From the NCBI GenBank assembly GCA_003525075.1, contig DQFO01000008.1:6287-70286 (forward strand): a DNA stretch of 64,000 nucleotides, read 5' to 3'. This document shows positions 30,732 through 41,178 of this stretch, piece by piece. The position numbers were made by a program, and so were the translations under genes. The stretch's first letter is position 1; every line of letters starts with the position of its first letter. The notes under the pieces were generated by a model. That model worked only from the letters and a program-made list of their open reading frames with translations. It was not told where the DNA came from and made no database searches. The DNA is from Clostridiales bacterium (GTDB lineage Bacteria; Bacillota; Clostridia; TANB77; CAG-508).

Positions 30732-33335
30732 TTACTCTGTTCTTAATGCTTCAACTGGATCTCTTTTAGCTGCAAATCTTGCTGGAATTAATCCTGCAAT
30801 CATTGTTAGTCCTACACTTATTACAACTAATATAATTGCTCCTGCTGTAGGCAATTTAGAAATATTTGATATTCCAACTATTGATTTTATTATCATATTT
30901 ATTGGAATATTTAACAATAATGTAACAACAATTCCTATTAATCCTGCTACTAATCCTATTATAAGTGTTTCTGCATTAAATACTCTTGAAACATCTTTCT
31001 TTGATGCTCCTATACTTCTTAATATTCCAATTTCTTTTGTTCTCTCTAAAACTGATATATATGTTATAATTCCAATCATTATTGATGATACAACTAATGA
31101 AATACCAACAAATGCAATTAATACATAACTTATTACATTAATTATTGTTGAAACAGAACTCATCATAACACCTACAATATCTGTATATGTTATAACATTT
31201 TCTTCTTTTCCATCATTTGTTTGTTTATCATTGTATTCACTAATTCTTGTTGTAATCATATCTTTTGATTCAAAATCTTTTGGATATATATTTATTGTTG
31301 ATGGCTTATTTAAGTCTACTACTCCAAGTGTTGATAAATTCGAATCATAAGTTGCTGTTGAATTTTCTGCATAATTTTTCATAAGCTCTGCCAATTCTGC
31401 TTCTGACAATGTTGCCATATACATTCTTTGTTCATCTGTTAATTGTGAATAATCAAATGAACTATTTTGATTTTCTGGGAATTCTATTCCTGTAAATACA
31501 TTTATGTTTGGATTTTCTTTTTGTTCTTTTACTATTTCTGTTTCATTAATTTTATTTATAACATATTCTTTTAATTCTTTTGTATATCCAATCATTCCTG
31601 CACCTGATGATGAAACATTTTCTTCATTTGGTTTTATTATTCCTACTATTGTTATTTCTTCTGCATTATCTACAACATTCTTCATATATTCGTCATCATT
31701 TGACATATCTTGCCATGTATTTCCAGATTCCTTATAATAATCTGTATTTAATAATATTTTAAATTTATAATTTAATAAATCATCATATGAATAACTTTCT
31801 GATTCACCAGCTTCAACTTTTTCTTTATTTTTTATTTTTTCCATTGATTCATTTAGTTCTTTGATATCTTTTATTCCTAAAGAATATAATGTATAATCAC
31901 TGACTTCATTATTTTCATCAACTATTAAAACAACTTCATTATATTTTGTTGGCCATTTTCCTGCAAGTACGTCATATTGTGATTGTAATAAATTTTGGTT
32001 ATCTAACATTTCATTCCATACATCAGTTTGAGTCATTGTCATTGAACCTGACATCATTGATGATGTGCTTTGTCTTGATTCCATCATTTCTCCAAATCCT
32101 AGTTCGTCAAATACTTTGCTTGGATTTACTTGTTGATATGTTTTATCTTCATTTTGTTTATATATATTTAAGTTTAAATTATACTCATATTGAATAGCAT
32201 TTATATAATTTTTTATATCTGTATCTCCACTTTCTAAATATTTTTTTAATTCTTCTAAATTATTTGTTTGAAGTTTAGTAGATACTGTTTCTAATATATT
32301 ATTTACTATTGGTCTTGAATATATTTTATTATCATTATGTTCTTCTTTTTCTCCATTTCCCATCATTGCTTCTAACATACTTGTTACATCTATACTAGCT
32401 TCTTGAATTGTTAATGGATATGATGAAAGTGTATCTTCTTCTACTCTATTTATATAACTTTGCATTCCATGTGATAATGATAATATTAATGCAATTCCTA
32501 TTATTCCTATGCTTCCTGCAAATGATGTTAAAAATGTTCTTCCTTTTTTAGTCATTAAATTATTTAGACTTAATCTTACTGCTGTTGTGAATTTCATTGA
32601 TGCTTTTCCAGATTTGTCTTTTTTATTTCTAGCTTTCTTCACATCTTCTTCACTAGATTTATAAGGATTTGAGTCATCTATGATTTTTCCATCTAATAAT
32701 TTTACTATTCTTGATGAATATTTTTTAGCAAGTTCTGGATTATGTGTTACCATTATTATTAATCTATCTTTTGATATTTCTTTTAATATTTCCATTACCT
32801 GTACTGATGTTTTTGAATCTAATGCTCCTGTTGGCTCATCAGCAAGTAATATATCTGGATCATTTACTAATGCTCTTGCTATTGCAACTCTTTGCATTTG
32901 TCCTCCAGACATTTGATTTGGCTTTTTATTTAGTTGATCTCCTAATCCTACTTTTTGTAATGCTTCTATTGCCTTTTTTTTTCTTTCTGCTTTTCCTACA
33001 CCTGATATTGTAAGTGCTAATTCAACATTTGCAAGTACTGTTTGATGTGGTATTAAATTATAGCTTTGAAATACAAATCCTACAGAATGATTTCTATATG
33101 TATCCCAATCTTTATCTTTAAATTCTTTGGTTGATTTTCCATTAATAATTAAATCTCCTGATGTGTATCTATCAAGTCCTCCTATTATATTTAACAATGT
33201 TGTTTTTCCACATCCGCTTTGTCCTAAAATTGAGACAAATTCATTTTCTCTAAACTCTATATCTATTCCTTTTAATGCTTGAACTTCGTTATCTCCTGAT
33301 AAATAGTTTTTTGTTATATTTTTTAATTGTAACAT
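30732..33335 (-). CDS. Fused ABC transporter ATP-binding/permease protein (MacB/FtsX type)
   Basis: N-terminal ATPase (GQSGCGKTTLLN, LSGGQMQRVAIARAL, LLADEPTGALD), a large extracytoplasmic domain and C-terminal FtsX-type TM helices. Confidence 0.85.
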   Translation of the reverse strand: MLQLKNITKNYLSGDNEVQALKGIDIEFRENEFVSILGQSGCGKTTLLNIIGGLDRYTSGDLIINGKSTKEFKDKDWDTYRNHSVGFVFQSYNLIPHQTVLANVELALTISGVGKAERKKKAIEALQKVGLGDQLNKKPNQMSGGQMQRVAIARALVNDPDILLADEPTGALDSKTSVQVMEILKEISKDRLIIMVTHNPELAKKYSSRIVKLLDGKIIDDSNPYKSSEEDVKKARNKKDKSGKASMKFTTAVRLSLNNLMTKKGRTFLTSFAGSIGIIGIALILSLSHGMQSYINRVEEDTLSSYPLTIQEASIDVTSMLEAMMGNGEKEEHNDNKIYSRPIVNNILETVSTKLQTNNLEELKKYLESGDTDIKNYINAIQYEYNLNLNIYKQNEDKTYQQVNPSKVFDELGFGEMMESRQSTSSMMSGSMTMTQTDVWNEMLDNQNLLQSQYDVLAGKWPTKYNEVVLIVDENNEVSDYTLYSLGIKDIKELNESMEKIKNKEKVEAGESESYSYDDLLNYKFKILLNTDYYKESGNTWQDMSNDDEYMKNVVDNAEEITIVGIIKPNEENVSSSGAGMIGYTKELKEYVINKINETEIVKEQKENPNINVFTGIEFPENQNSSFDYSQLTDEQRMYMATLSEAELAELMKNYAENSTATYDSNLSTLGVVDLNKPSTINIYPKDFESKDMITTRISEYNDKQTNDGKEENVITYTDIVGVMMSSVSTIINVISYVLIAFVGISLVVSSIMIGIITYISVLERTKEIGILRSIGASKKDVSRVFNAETLIIGLVAGLIGIVVTLLLNIPINMIIKSIVGISNISKLPTAGAIILVVISVGLTMIAGLIPARFAAKRDPVEALRTE

Positions 33336-33497
33336 ATCTATATCCTTTCATTTTTTGTATATTTTATATTATTATTGTGAATATCTTGTGAAATTCTTTA
33401 TGTTATTAAGATTTCATATAATATCTTGATTTTTTTTATAAAAAATGTTATACTTAATAAGTTCGAATTTTGCACATTGAAATTGGAGGTAGGCAAA

Positions 33498-33932
33498 ATG
33501 AAACTCTGTATTGTACGTCATCATTTTTTCCTTTGGTTTTTAATTGATAAGCCTGAGCTTTTACCATTTGAAGGTAACTGGAATACGCTTATTGTTTTGG
33601 CAAATGAATCTGGTAGAATTTTATCTGATATTACTAAACATGGAAATATCATCCATGTTGAAAAATACGGATTAGAAATTGATTTTAAAACATTTATGAA
33701 TATCTTAAATGTTCCAAACAGTTCAATTGCCGATTTGGTTAACCATAGTCAAAATTTGATTTTACACTCTGACGACGAATATTCTGTAGCCAAATTTGCA
33801 AAAACACACAATTTAGTTTATGGATATGTTTTCAATCCAACTACAAATAATCTTTTTTATTATGTTGTAAACAGAACGTATCCGTTCCAATTTGACCGTG
33901 GAGTCTTCATCGACCCAAACAATCCGTTCTAA
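33498..33932 (+). CDS. Orphan hypothetical protein (144 aa)
   Basis: The start is chosen at the ATG 8 nt after GGAGG (the tracked ORF begins at 33426). It is a lone plus-strand gene that looks richer in G+C than its neighbours, and a hairpin terminator follows. Confidence 0.45.
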   Translation: MKLCIVRHHFFLWFLIDKPELLPFEGNWNTLIVLANESGRILSDITKHGNIIHVEKYGLEIDFKTFMNILNVPNSSIADLVNHSQNLILHSDDEYSVAKFAKTHNLVYGYVFNPTTNNLFYYVVNRTYPFQFDRGVFIDPNNPF

Positions 33933-33938
33933 TTTCAA

Positions 33939-33970
33939 AAGAGGATCCCTTTTTGGGGTCCTCTTATTTT
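33939..33970. terminator. Bidirectional terminator (aagaggatccc / ggggtcctctt)
   Basis: An 11-bp stem with one G-U pair, flanked by A and T runs, between the convergent orphan gene and ispA. Confidence 0.6.
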
Positions 33971-34847
33971 ATTTGTTTCTGTCTTTTATATAAATTGCTA
34001 ATTGTTTCAAAAATTCTGCCTTATCTCCATAATATTCTAATATCTCAACTGCTTCATTTGTTATTTTCTCTAATTCTTTTTTAGCTCCTTCAATTCCAAA
34101 TACAGATACATATGTACATTTATTGTGTTCTTTATCATTTCCAACTGGTTTTCCAGTTACATCTGGATTACCTTCTTCAGATAAAATATCATCTTTTATT
34201 TGAAATGCTAAACCAATTTTATCTGCAAATTTTGATAATCTTTCTATATCATTTTCACTTGCATCTGCTAATATTGCTCCCATTCTTATACTTAGTTTTA
34301 ATAATTCTCCTGTTTTATTTTCATGTATATATTGAAGCATTTGGTGGCTAATTTGTTGTCCTTCAAGTTCTGTATCTAAATATTCTCCTGCAATCATTCT
34401 ATCTACCGCATTTGAAAATTCTCCAAATATTCTTATTTTATTTTGTGTTGCTGATTTTGCTAAGTCTTTACTCATAACTATATATGCTTGATTAAATAAT
34501 GAATCTCCTGCAAGTAGTGCTGTTGGGTGATTAAATTGTTTATGATTTGTTGGCTTTCCATGTCTAAAATCATCATTATCTACTTCTGGCAAATCATCAT
34601 GTATTAATGAAAAATTATGTATCATTTCAATTGCAACTGCATATGGCATTGCTTCTTGATAATTTTCTTTAAACATTTTATATACATCTAATACTAATAT
34701 TGGTCTTAGTCTTTTTCCACCTGCCATAAAACTATAACTTACTGATTCATTTAATATTTTTTCAGGACATTCTTCTTTTCTTAAATATTTTTCTAATTCT
34801 GTATTTATAATTGTTTGATATTTTTTTAGTTGTTCTTTAAATTCCAT
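33969..34847 (-). CDS. ispA: Polyprenyl (farnesyl/geranylgeranyl) diphosphate synthase
   Basis: First Asp-rich motif LIHDDLPEVDNDDFRHGKPT and second motif FQIKDDILS. Confidence 0.85.
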   Translation of the reverse strand: MEFKEQLKKYQTIINTELEKYLRKEECPEKILNESVSYSFMAGGKRLRPILVLDVYKMFKENYQEAMPYAVAIEMIHNFSLIHDDLPEVDNDDFRHGKPTNHKQFNHPTALLAGDSLFNQAYIVMSKDLAKSATQNKIRIFGEFSNAVDRMIAGEYLDTELEGQQISHQMLQYIHENKTGELLKLSIRMGAILADASENDIERLSKFADKIGLAFQIKDDILSEEGNPDVTGKPVGNDKEHNKCTYVSVFGIEGAKKELEKITNEAVEILEYYGDKAEFLKQLAIYIKDRNK

Positions 34848-35004
34848 TTTGGACTTCCTTTAAAATTAATTTTTATTGCTAAAGTATTTACTCTTCACAT
34901 TGAGTTCATTTTAACACATTATTAGACATTATTCAACATTTATTAGATATATTTTGAACATTAACAAATATGCCAAGCTATCTAAAATAACTTGGCATAT
35001 TATA

Positions 35005-35628
35005 TTATCTTCCACAATTATTATTTAATTGCATTATATTATTCATATCATTCATACAAAATTTCTTATCTGAAAGCTTATCTTGAACAATTCTTAAAGC
35101 TTCACCAAATCTTTGGAAGTGAACAATTTCTCTTTCTCTTAAAAATCTTAATGGATCTATTACATCTGGATTATCTCTACATAAATCTATTAATTTTTCA
35201 TATGTTGCTCTTGCCTTTTGCTCAGCAGCTAAGTCTTCTTGTAAGTTTGCAATTACATCACCTTTACATGCTAAACATGTTGCATCAAATGGTACACCTG
35301 CTGCAGATTGTGGATATATATCTACACCATGATCTGTATAATATGCTCCTAATCCTGCTGCTTCTATTTCTTCAATTGATGCATTTTTTGTTAATTGATG
35401 AACTATAGTTCCTACCATTTCTAAATGGGCTAATTCTTCTGTTCCAATATCATTTAAAATAGCTTTTGCATTTTGGTCTGGCATACCAAATCTTTGTGAT
35501 AAATATCTTAAAGATGCTGCAAGTTCTCCATCTGGTCCACCATATTGGCTAATAATTACTTTTGCAAGACGAGGGTCTGCACATTTTATATTTATTGGAT
35601 ATTGTAATACTTTATTATAAGTCCACAT
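35005..35628 (-). CDS. cotJC: Spore coat protein CotJC (manganese catalase family)
   Basis: YGGPDGELAASLRYLSQRF and TEELAHLEMVG match the CotJC/Mn-catalase di-metal motifs. Confidence 0.85.
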   Translation of the reverse strand: MWTYNKVLQYPINIKCADPRLAKVIISQYGGPDGELAASLRYLSQRFGMPDQNAKAILNDIGTEELAHLEMVGTIVHQLTKNASIEEIEAAGLGAYYTDHGVDIYPQSAAGVPFDATCLACKGDVIANLQEDLAAEQKARATYEKLIDLCRDNPDVIDPLRFLREREIVHFQRFGEALRIVQDKLSDKKFCMNDMNNIMQLNNNCGR

Positions 35629-35631
35629 AGT

Positions 35632-36015
35632 TTAGAAATTCCCCCTTTCCCAAGGCCATGGTTCTTCAATCCATCTCCATTTATTACATGGAAATTGAAT
35701 TGTTAATGGTCCATAAACTTTTTGATATTTATCTGTTAATTCTCTATATTCTTTGCAATATTTTCTGTGTAAACAAAGTGCTTTTTGATCATCAACATGT
35801 GTGTCTAAATATAATCCAAGCTCTGTTATTGCAAAATTCAAGCTTTTTATTCTTTCCATCATTTCTTCTCTTGTTGCTTGTGATTGATTGCATTCACAAT
35901 TTTGCATATTATTACAATTTGTCATATTATCTAATACATTCAAACCATCTGCAGACTGCATATTCCAATTCATATTATTTGAATTATTCATCATCCAATT
36001 TCTATTATCTTCCAT
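35632..36015 (-). CDS. cotJB: Spore coat protein CotJB with an Asn/Met-rich N-terminal extension
   Basis: FAITELGLYLDTHVDDQKAL is the CotJB signature. The start is set at the ATG 8 nt after GGGGAGGG. Confidence 0.75.
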   Translation of the reverse strand: MEDNRNWMMNNSNNMNWNMQSADGLNVLDNMTNCNNMQNCECNQSQATREEMMERIKSLNFAITELGLYLDTHVDDQKALCLHRKYCKEYRELTDKYQKVYGPLTIQFPCNKWRWIEEPWPWERGNF

Positions 36016-36382
36016 TATTACAGCCCTCCCCAATTTGATTTGTTGTTTCTAAAAATTCATTTGTTCTCATTGATTGACATGGTGTATATGGGCTTACTAA
36101 TTCTGGAAATATTGTTCCCATTTTTAGTCCAATTTCTGGTCTAAATGTTTTATCCATATATTGCCAAGGAACATAACTTTGAGCTAACATTGGATTATCT
36201 GGAAATACACTCATTTCATATTCTTCATCAAATCCACATTCACAACAGTCTACAGGCTCTTGTTGTTCATAACTACAATTTGTAGAACAGTCATTATTGC
36301 ATTTATCTTCAATCATATTTGTAGATGTATTCCATGCTTGATTATTCATGCATGAACATCTTTGATATCTACGCATAAACAT
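36005..36382 (-). CDS. cotJA: Spore coat-associated protein CotJA with a Cys-rich N-terminal extension
   Basis: MLAQSYVPWQ....GLKMGTIFPELVSPY is the CotJA signature. It is first in the cotJABC order. Confidence 0.7.
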   Translation of the reverse strand: MFMRRYQRCSCMNNQAWNTSTNMIEDKCNNDCSTNCSYEQQEPVDCCECGFDEEYEMSVFPDNPMLAQSYVPWQYMDKTFRPEIGLKMGTIFPELVSPYTPCQSMRTNEFLETTNQIGEGCNNGR

Positions 36383-36504
36383 ATTTTTCCTCCTCTTAAT
36401 ATAATTAAATCAATTTTTGATTTGTCATATTACATAATATGCAAAAAAAGTAGCCTTGCTACAATAATTTGTCTTATTTAGTTGTTTTGACAAATTTGCT
36501 TTGG

Positions 36505-37740
36505 CTACTTTAAATATTTTATTATAAATGTTGTTCCTTTATTTAATTTTGAATCCACTTGTATATATCCATTATTACTTTCTATTATTGATTTTGATAA
36601 AGCTAAACCTATTCCTACACTATCACTTGATGAATTTTTTCCTTTATAAAATCTTTCAAATATGTGTGGTAAATCTTTTGCATCTATTCCTGTTCCATTA
36701 TCTTCAATTTTTAATTCTGTATACATATTATTTTGATTATAATTTATATAAATTTTTCTATTTTCATATGAATGTTCTATGCAATTTTTTAATATATTTG
36801 TTATTGCTTCAACTTGCCATTTTAAATCACATATTGTTTTTATTGAATCATCTCCTGAAACTATTATTTCTATATTTTTCAATTCACTTAACATTGATAC
36901 ATTTTTTACCGCTTCATTTATTATATCTTTTATCAAAACTTCTTTTTTTATAAATTTTATCGAATTACTGTCTATTTTTGATAATTTCAAAATTGATTCC
37001 ACTAAAAATTTTATATTTACTATTTCTCTTTTTATATCTTTAATAAAATCTTTTTTTATATCTTCTGGCATATTTTCATCACTTAAAATATTGTCTAACA
37101 TTATTAAAATTGATATAATTGGTGTCTTTATTTGATGTGATATATCTGATAATGAATCTTTTAAGGTTGTTTTATCTTTTTGAGAATTTTCAGCCACTTC
37201 TTTTAACATTATCGTTATTTTATATAATTCATTTTTTAATATTGACAATTCATCTTCTGTGTTTTCTTCTATATTTAGTTTGTAATTTCCTCTATTGATT
37301 TCTTCTATGTATTTTGTTATTTCATTAATTTTTTTACTTTCACTATGATTATATTTGAAGACTATTATTGATAATATTAAAATAAATACTATCAATGTAC
37401 TTACATCTATAATAATAAATTTTTGAAAATCTGTGTTATTTTCTAATATTACTGAATCTTTATCTAGTTCTATGCCATATTCCCTTAATATCTCATTATT
37501 AGTTTTATCACTACTATTTAATATTTCTACAATTTCTCTTTTTTCTATATCTGGATATTTTTCTAAAACATTATCTATAATTCCTGCTATTTTTTGATTA
37601 AAATTATATGTATATGTTTTGTATTGTTTATATATTAAAATCGAAAATGTGATTAGAAATATAATAATTACAACACAACTTGTGATGCACATTTTCTTTA
37701 ATTCTATTTTGTTTTTCATTTTTATTTCATTCCTTTTCAA
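36505..37740 (-). CDS. Sensor histidine kinase (two TM, HisKA plus HATPase_c)
   Basis: H-box LSDISHQIKTPI, N-box NILKNCIEHS and G-boxes DNGTGI / GIGLALSKSI. Confidence 0.85.
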   Translation of the reverse strand: MKRNEIKMKNKIELKKMCITSCVVIIIFLITFSILIYKQYKTYTYNFNQKIAGIIDNVLEKYPDIEKREIVEILNSSDKTNNEILREYGIELDKDSVILENNTDFQKFIIIDVSTLIVFILILSIIVFKYNHSESKKINEITKYIEEINRGNYKLNIEENTEDELSILKNELYKITIMLKEVAENSQKDKTTLKDSLSDISHQIKTPIISILIMLDNILSDENMPEDIKKDFIKDIKREIVNIKFLVESILKLSKIDSNSIKFIKKEVLIKDIINEAVKNVSMLSELKNIEIIVSGDDSIKTICDLKWQVEAITNILKNCIEHSYENRKIYINYNQNNMYTELKIEDNGTGIDAKDLPHIFERFYKGKNSSSDSVGIGLALSKSIIESNNGYIQVDSKLNKGTTFIIKYLK

Positions 37741-37764
37741 AACTTAGATGTTATTGACAATTCA

Positions 37765-38424
37765 TTAATATACTTCACTATCAATTCTATATCCAATTCC
37801 TTTAATTGTAATTATAATATCTGTTTTAATTTTTTCTCTTATTCTTTTTAAATATACTGTTACAGTATTATCATTTACATCATTTCCTGTCCATTCCCAT
37901 ATTTTGTCTATTATTTCACTTCTTTTTACTACTTTATTTAAATTTAAGAATAATAAATTCAATATTTTCAATTCTAAGTTTGTAAGTTCTACATTTTCAT
38001 TATCCCTATACACAACCATTTTGTCCATATCAAATTTTATATTTTGGACTTGTATTATTGTGTTTTTCTTGTTTCTTAATATTATTCTATTTATTCTTGC
38101 CATCAGTTCTTTTATTGAAAATGGTTTTGTAATATAATCTTCTGCGCCTAACTCTAATCCTTTTACAATATTATCTTCTTCATCTTTTGCTGTTAAAAAA
38201 ATTGAAGGTATATTCTTTTCTTTTATATTATTTCTATATAAATCAAATCCATTTCCATCTGGTAATGATACATCTAATATTGCTAAATCTATTTTTTCTG
38301 TTTTTAATATTTTAAGTGTATTTTCTACATTTAATGTGTGTATTACTTGATATTTCTTTTGTTCTAAAGAGTATATTAATCCTTTAGCTAATATCTCATT
38401 ATCCTCTACTAATAATATTTTCAT
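37765..38424 (-). CDS. OmpR/PhoB-family response regulator
   Basis: Receiver domain (ILLVEDN, DLAILDVSLPDGNG, LTAKD) plus a winged-helix C-terminus (LTNLELKILNLL, GIGYRI). Confidence 0.9.
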   Translation of the reverse strand: MKILLVEDNEILAKGLIYSLEQKKYQVIHTLNVENTLKILKTEKIDLAILDVSLPDGNGFDLYRNNIKEKNIPSIFLTAKDEEDNIVKGLELGAEDYITKPFSIKELMARINRIILRNKKNTIIQVQNIKFDMDKMVVYRDNENVELTNLELKILNLLFLNLNKVVKRSEIIDKIWEWTGNDVNDNTVTVYLKRIREKIKTDIIITIKGIGYRIDSEVY

Positions 38425-38495
38425 ATATTCTCACTCCATATATATTTTATCATAAAAAGAGGACTTTGTAAGCCCCCTTTTTATACAATATTTTA

Positions 38496-40943
38496 CTATC
38501 TTAAAAATTGTTGATTATCCTTTGTTTTATGTATTTGCATTTGTTTTATTATTTGTACCATATCATTTATTTCTTGAAGCTCAACATCTTTAGTATCTCT
38601 TGATATTGTTTCTGGTGTAATATCATATGTTGGAGAAGTCATTATAGGTCTTTCCTTTTGTTCTTCTTGAGTATCCATTCTGCAACGCCAACATTTTTTT
38701 TCTTCATCATAAAATGGCTCGCTTGGAGTTTTTCCTTCTTGTCTTGCAAGAACTCTAGTTAGTGAAATCTGTTGATTTCTTACCAATGGGATATCCTCTT
38801 TTTTCTTTTCATTAGATACTTTAATTAAACTTTTTGAGGCCTGTATTCTTCTATAATTTATTTCTTGTTCAACAGAACCTTGACTTAGATTTCCACTTCT
38901 TAGATAATCTTGTGCATATTGCTTATCAATTTCTGCTATAGTCCTATGATGTCTAGGAATATTGCCAGTTTTTCTATTATTTTCTGCCTTTTTATGCATT
39001 TGTTTTGATTGCTCATTATCTCGAATTTGAATCAACATTTTATTTACTTCCGGAATTGATACAAACTTTTCTAAATAGTCTACTCCTCCATCTATAGTTA
39101 AGTTATCAGCTTCTTTTAGTAGTCTAGCCATAGCTGGTATTAAATTTTGCATAAACAATTCTGGATCATTTTTATACTTAACAGCATTATTATCAAAATC
39201 TTCAACAAACTTTCCACTTTTTATACTATCTATAACCCTTTTAATATTTTCATTTTCACAATTTGCTCTTAATGCATATGCCGTTTCTTCTTCTGTTACC
39301 TCATAGTCTTTAATAAAATCTTTTACCCATTGCATCTTTCTTTGATGTTTTTGTTGTTGCTCATCTACTTTTGTAGGATCATAACTTAATACTTTTTGTT
39401 CTATATCTGCTAAAACCTGTTTTTTTCCTTCATAGTATTGTTCTAATCTTTCGCGACTTTCTTTATGGATAGCCCATGGGGTTTCTGACTGCATTGTGTT
39501 CATAATAAAATTTTGGGGTGCATAATTTTCTTTTAATTCTCCCATTTCCAAAACATATTGTTCTACATATTGTTTTGCTGATATTTCTGTTCCATCTTTT
39601 AATTTTACTTTTCCACTTTGTGGCAAATATTTAAAGAAATATTGTCCTACAAATTGTTCAGCTGACATTTCTCCTTTATTTTTTCCAGATGGAATCATAA
39701 ACTTTTTTTGTAATAATTGTGGATCAATTGTTTTTATAAAATCTTCAAATAATACTTGTTGTCTTTTTCCATTTTGCTCTATTTCTATTGTTCCATTATT
39801 AAAAGGCATTATAAATCCATAATTTCCTATTCTTTCTTGTGCAGAAGTCATCTGTGCTGATTTTCCTAATCTCCCCTCTAATTCACGTTGAAAATAATGA
39901 GACATTTCTTCAAATATTCTTTGTGCTTCATCTTTTCCTATTTGTTTTACGATTTCAGCAATTTGCTCTGGTGTACTTTTTTCAACCTGCCTATAAACCA
40001 ATTCATAATACATTTCTTGTCCATCTCGTATTAATTTTGCTTTATCATCATCTGATAAGTCTTGATTTTGTAATATATATTGTTCTTCTTTTTGCATATT
40101 TTTAATTAAATCAATTGCACTCTTTTTGGTTCCATCTAAATTATATTCCTTTTGTAATATCGGATATCTATTTAATATTTCAGTTCTACCTCTAACACAT
40201 ATTAAATCATCCAAAATAGGAATTGTAACATCATCTCTTTCTTGTAATCCATCACTTTCATAATGTGATTGTCCATCCCAAGAATTTACATTTGCTTTAT
40301 ATCGTGCTATATTAAATTTTCCTTGTTCAATATTCATTAAATCTGTTATTTCTTTATCTGAATATCCCATTATTTCTAAATATTGTCTATATCCAACTTC
40401 ATCTGCATTATTTTCTATTGAATATGCATCATAATTTCCTGTTTTTCTATCTCTAGAATACCAACTCTTTTCAAGATACCCATTTAATATATAATCCCTT
40501 GCATATTCCAATCCATCTTTACTACTAACATTTGTTTTTGTCATCAATTCTTGTCTATGATGTTGTATTTCATGAAATACCGTTTGATATAATGTCTTAC
40601 AAGTAAATAATCTTTTATCAACATCTGGACTTTGTAAACCTCTATACAAGTGTGCAATATTATATGTTATACTAGGCGGCCTAGTATTCTTTCGATATAC
40701 CCCCAAAAATGTTTCACTTCTATCATTTATAAATTTTAATCCAAATGTATTTTGACTATCATCTCTATTAGGTTGATAACTATATCCCAGTTCTTCAATT
40801 TCTAATTGAAATATTCTTGTTATAGAAGCTTGCATTTTCTGTAGTAATTCCGTATCATTAAAATCTAATTGATTATCCCTAAAATAATTCATAAAACTAG
40901 TCATTTCTTTTTTTTGTATTGCTATTTTTTCCTCTTTAGTCAT
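38496..40943 (-). CDS. Large (815 aa) cytoplasmic hypothetical protein with an N-terminal HExxH metallopeptidase-like motif
   Basis: No signal peptide or TM helix. The motif is TVFHEIQHHRQ near residue 125, and the rest is helical and charged. I did not recognise a family. Confidence 0.55.
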   Translation of the reverse strand: MTKEEKIAIQKKEMTSFMNYFRDNQLDFNDTELLQKMQASITRIFQLEIEELGYSYQPNRDDSQNTFGLKFINDRSETFLGVYRKNTRPPSITYNIAHLYRGLQSPDVDKRLFTCKTLYQTVFHEIQHHRQELMTKTNVSSKDGLEYARDYILNGYLEKSWYSRDRKTGNYDAYSIENNADEVGYRQYLEIMGYSDKEITDLMNIEQGKFNIARYKANVNSWDGQSHYESDGLQERDDVTIPILDDLICVRGRTEILNRYPILQKEYNLDGTKKSAIDLIKNMQKEEQYILQNQDLSDDDKAKLIRDGQEMYYELVYRQVEKSTPEQIAEIVKQIGKDEAQRIFEEMSHYFQRELEGRLGKSAQMTSAQERIGNYGFIMPFNNGTIEIEQNGKRQQVLFEDFIKTIDPQLLQKKFMIPSGKNKGEMSAEQFVGQYFFKYLPQSGKVKLKDGTEISAKQYVEQYVLEMGELKENYAPQNFIMNTMQSETPWAIHKESRERLEQYYEGKKQVLADIEQKVLSYDPTKVDEQQQKHQRKMQWVKDFIKDYEVTEEETAYALRANCENENIKRVIDSIKSGKFVEDFDNNAVKYKNDPELFMQNLIPAMARLLKEADNLTIDGGVDYLEKFVSIPEVNKMLIQIRDNEQSKQMHKKAENNRKTGNIPRHHRTIAEIDKQYAQDYLRSGNLSQGSVEQEINYRRIQASKSLIKVSNEKKKEDIPLVRNQQISLTRVLARQEGKTPSEPFYDEEKKCWRCRMDTQEEQKERPIMTSPTYDITPETISRDTKDVELQEINDMVQIIKQMQIHKTKDNQQFLR

Positions 40944-41014
40944 ACTATTTCTCTTCCTTTCTCACTTCATTCAAAAACATAGCTAGGTATGAAAGATTTA
41001 AAATTTCTTTCAAA

Positions 41015-41164
41015 CTATTTTTCTTCCATTTCATCTCTTTCTGCATCTTCCTTTGTAATAACATTATTATATACTTCTTCTATTATTTCATCACTTTCAT
41101 CATTTTCTTGAATTTGTTTTAATTTTAAATATTCTCTCATTTGCGCTGTTTTATTGTCTTGCAT
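41015..41164 (-). CDS. Small acidic hypothetical protein (49 aa)
   Basis: Not in the ORF track. AAGGAGGG lies 8 nt upstream of the ATG. It is wedged between the 153-aa and 815-aa genes on the same strand. Confidence 0.4.
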   Translation of the reverse strand: MQDNKTAQMREYLKLKQIQENDESDEIIEEVYNNVITKEDAERDEMEEK

Positions 41165-41178
41165 TCTTTCCACCCTCC

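Noticed and set aside
36383-36504. A sporulation sigma-E or sigma-K promoter upstream of cotJA.
   Set aside because: CATATT-like elements are present, but I could not align a convincing -35/-10 pair with correct spacing to either consensus.
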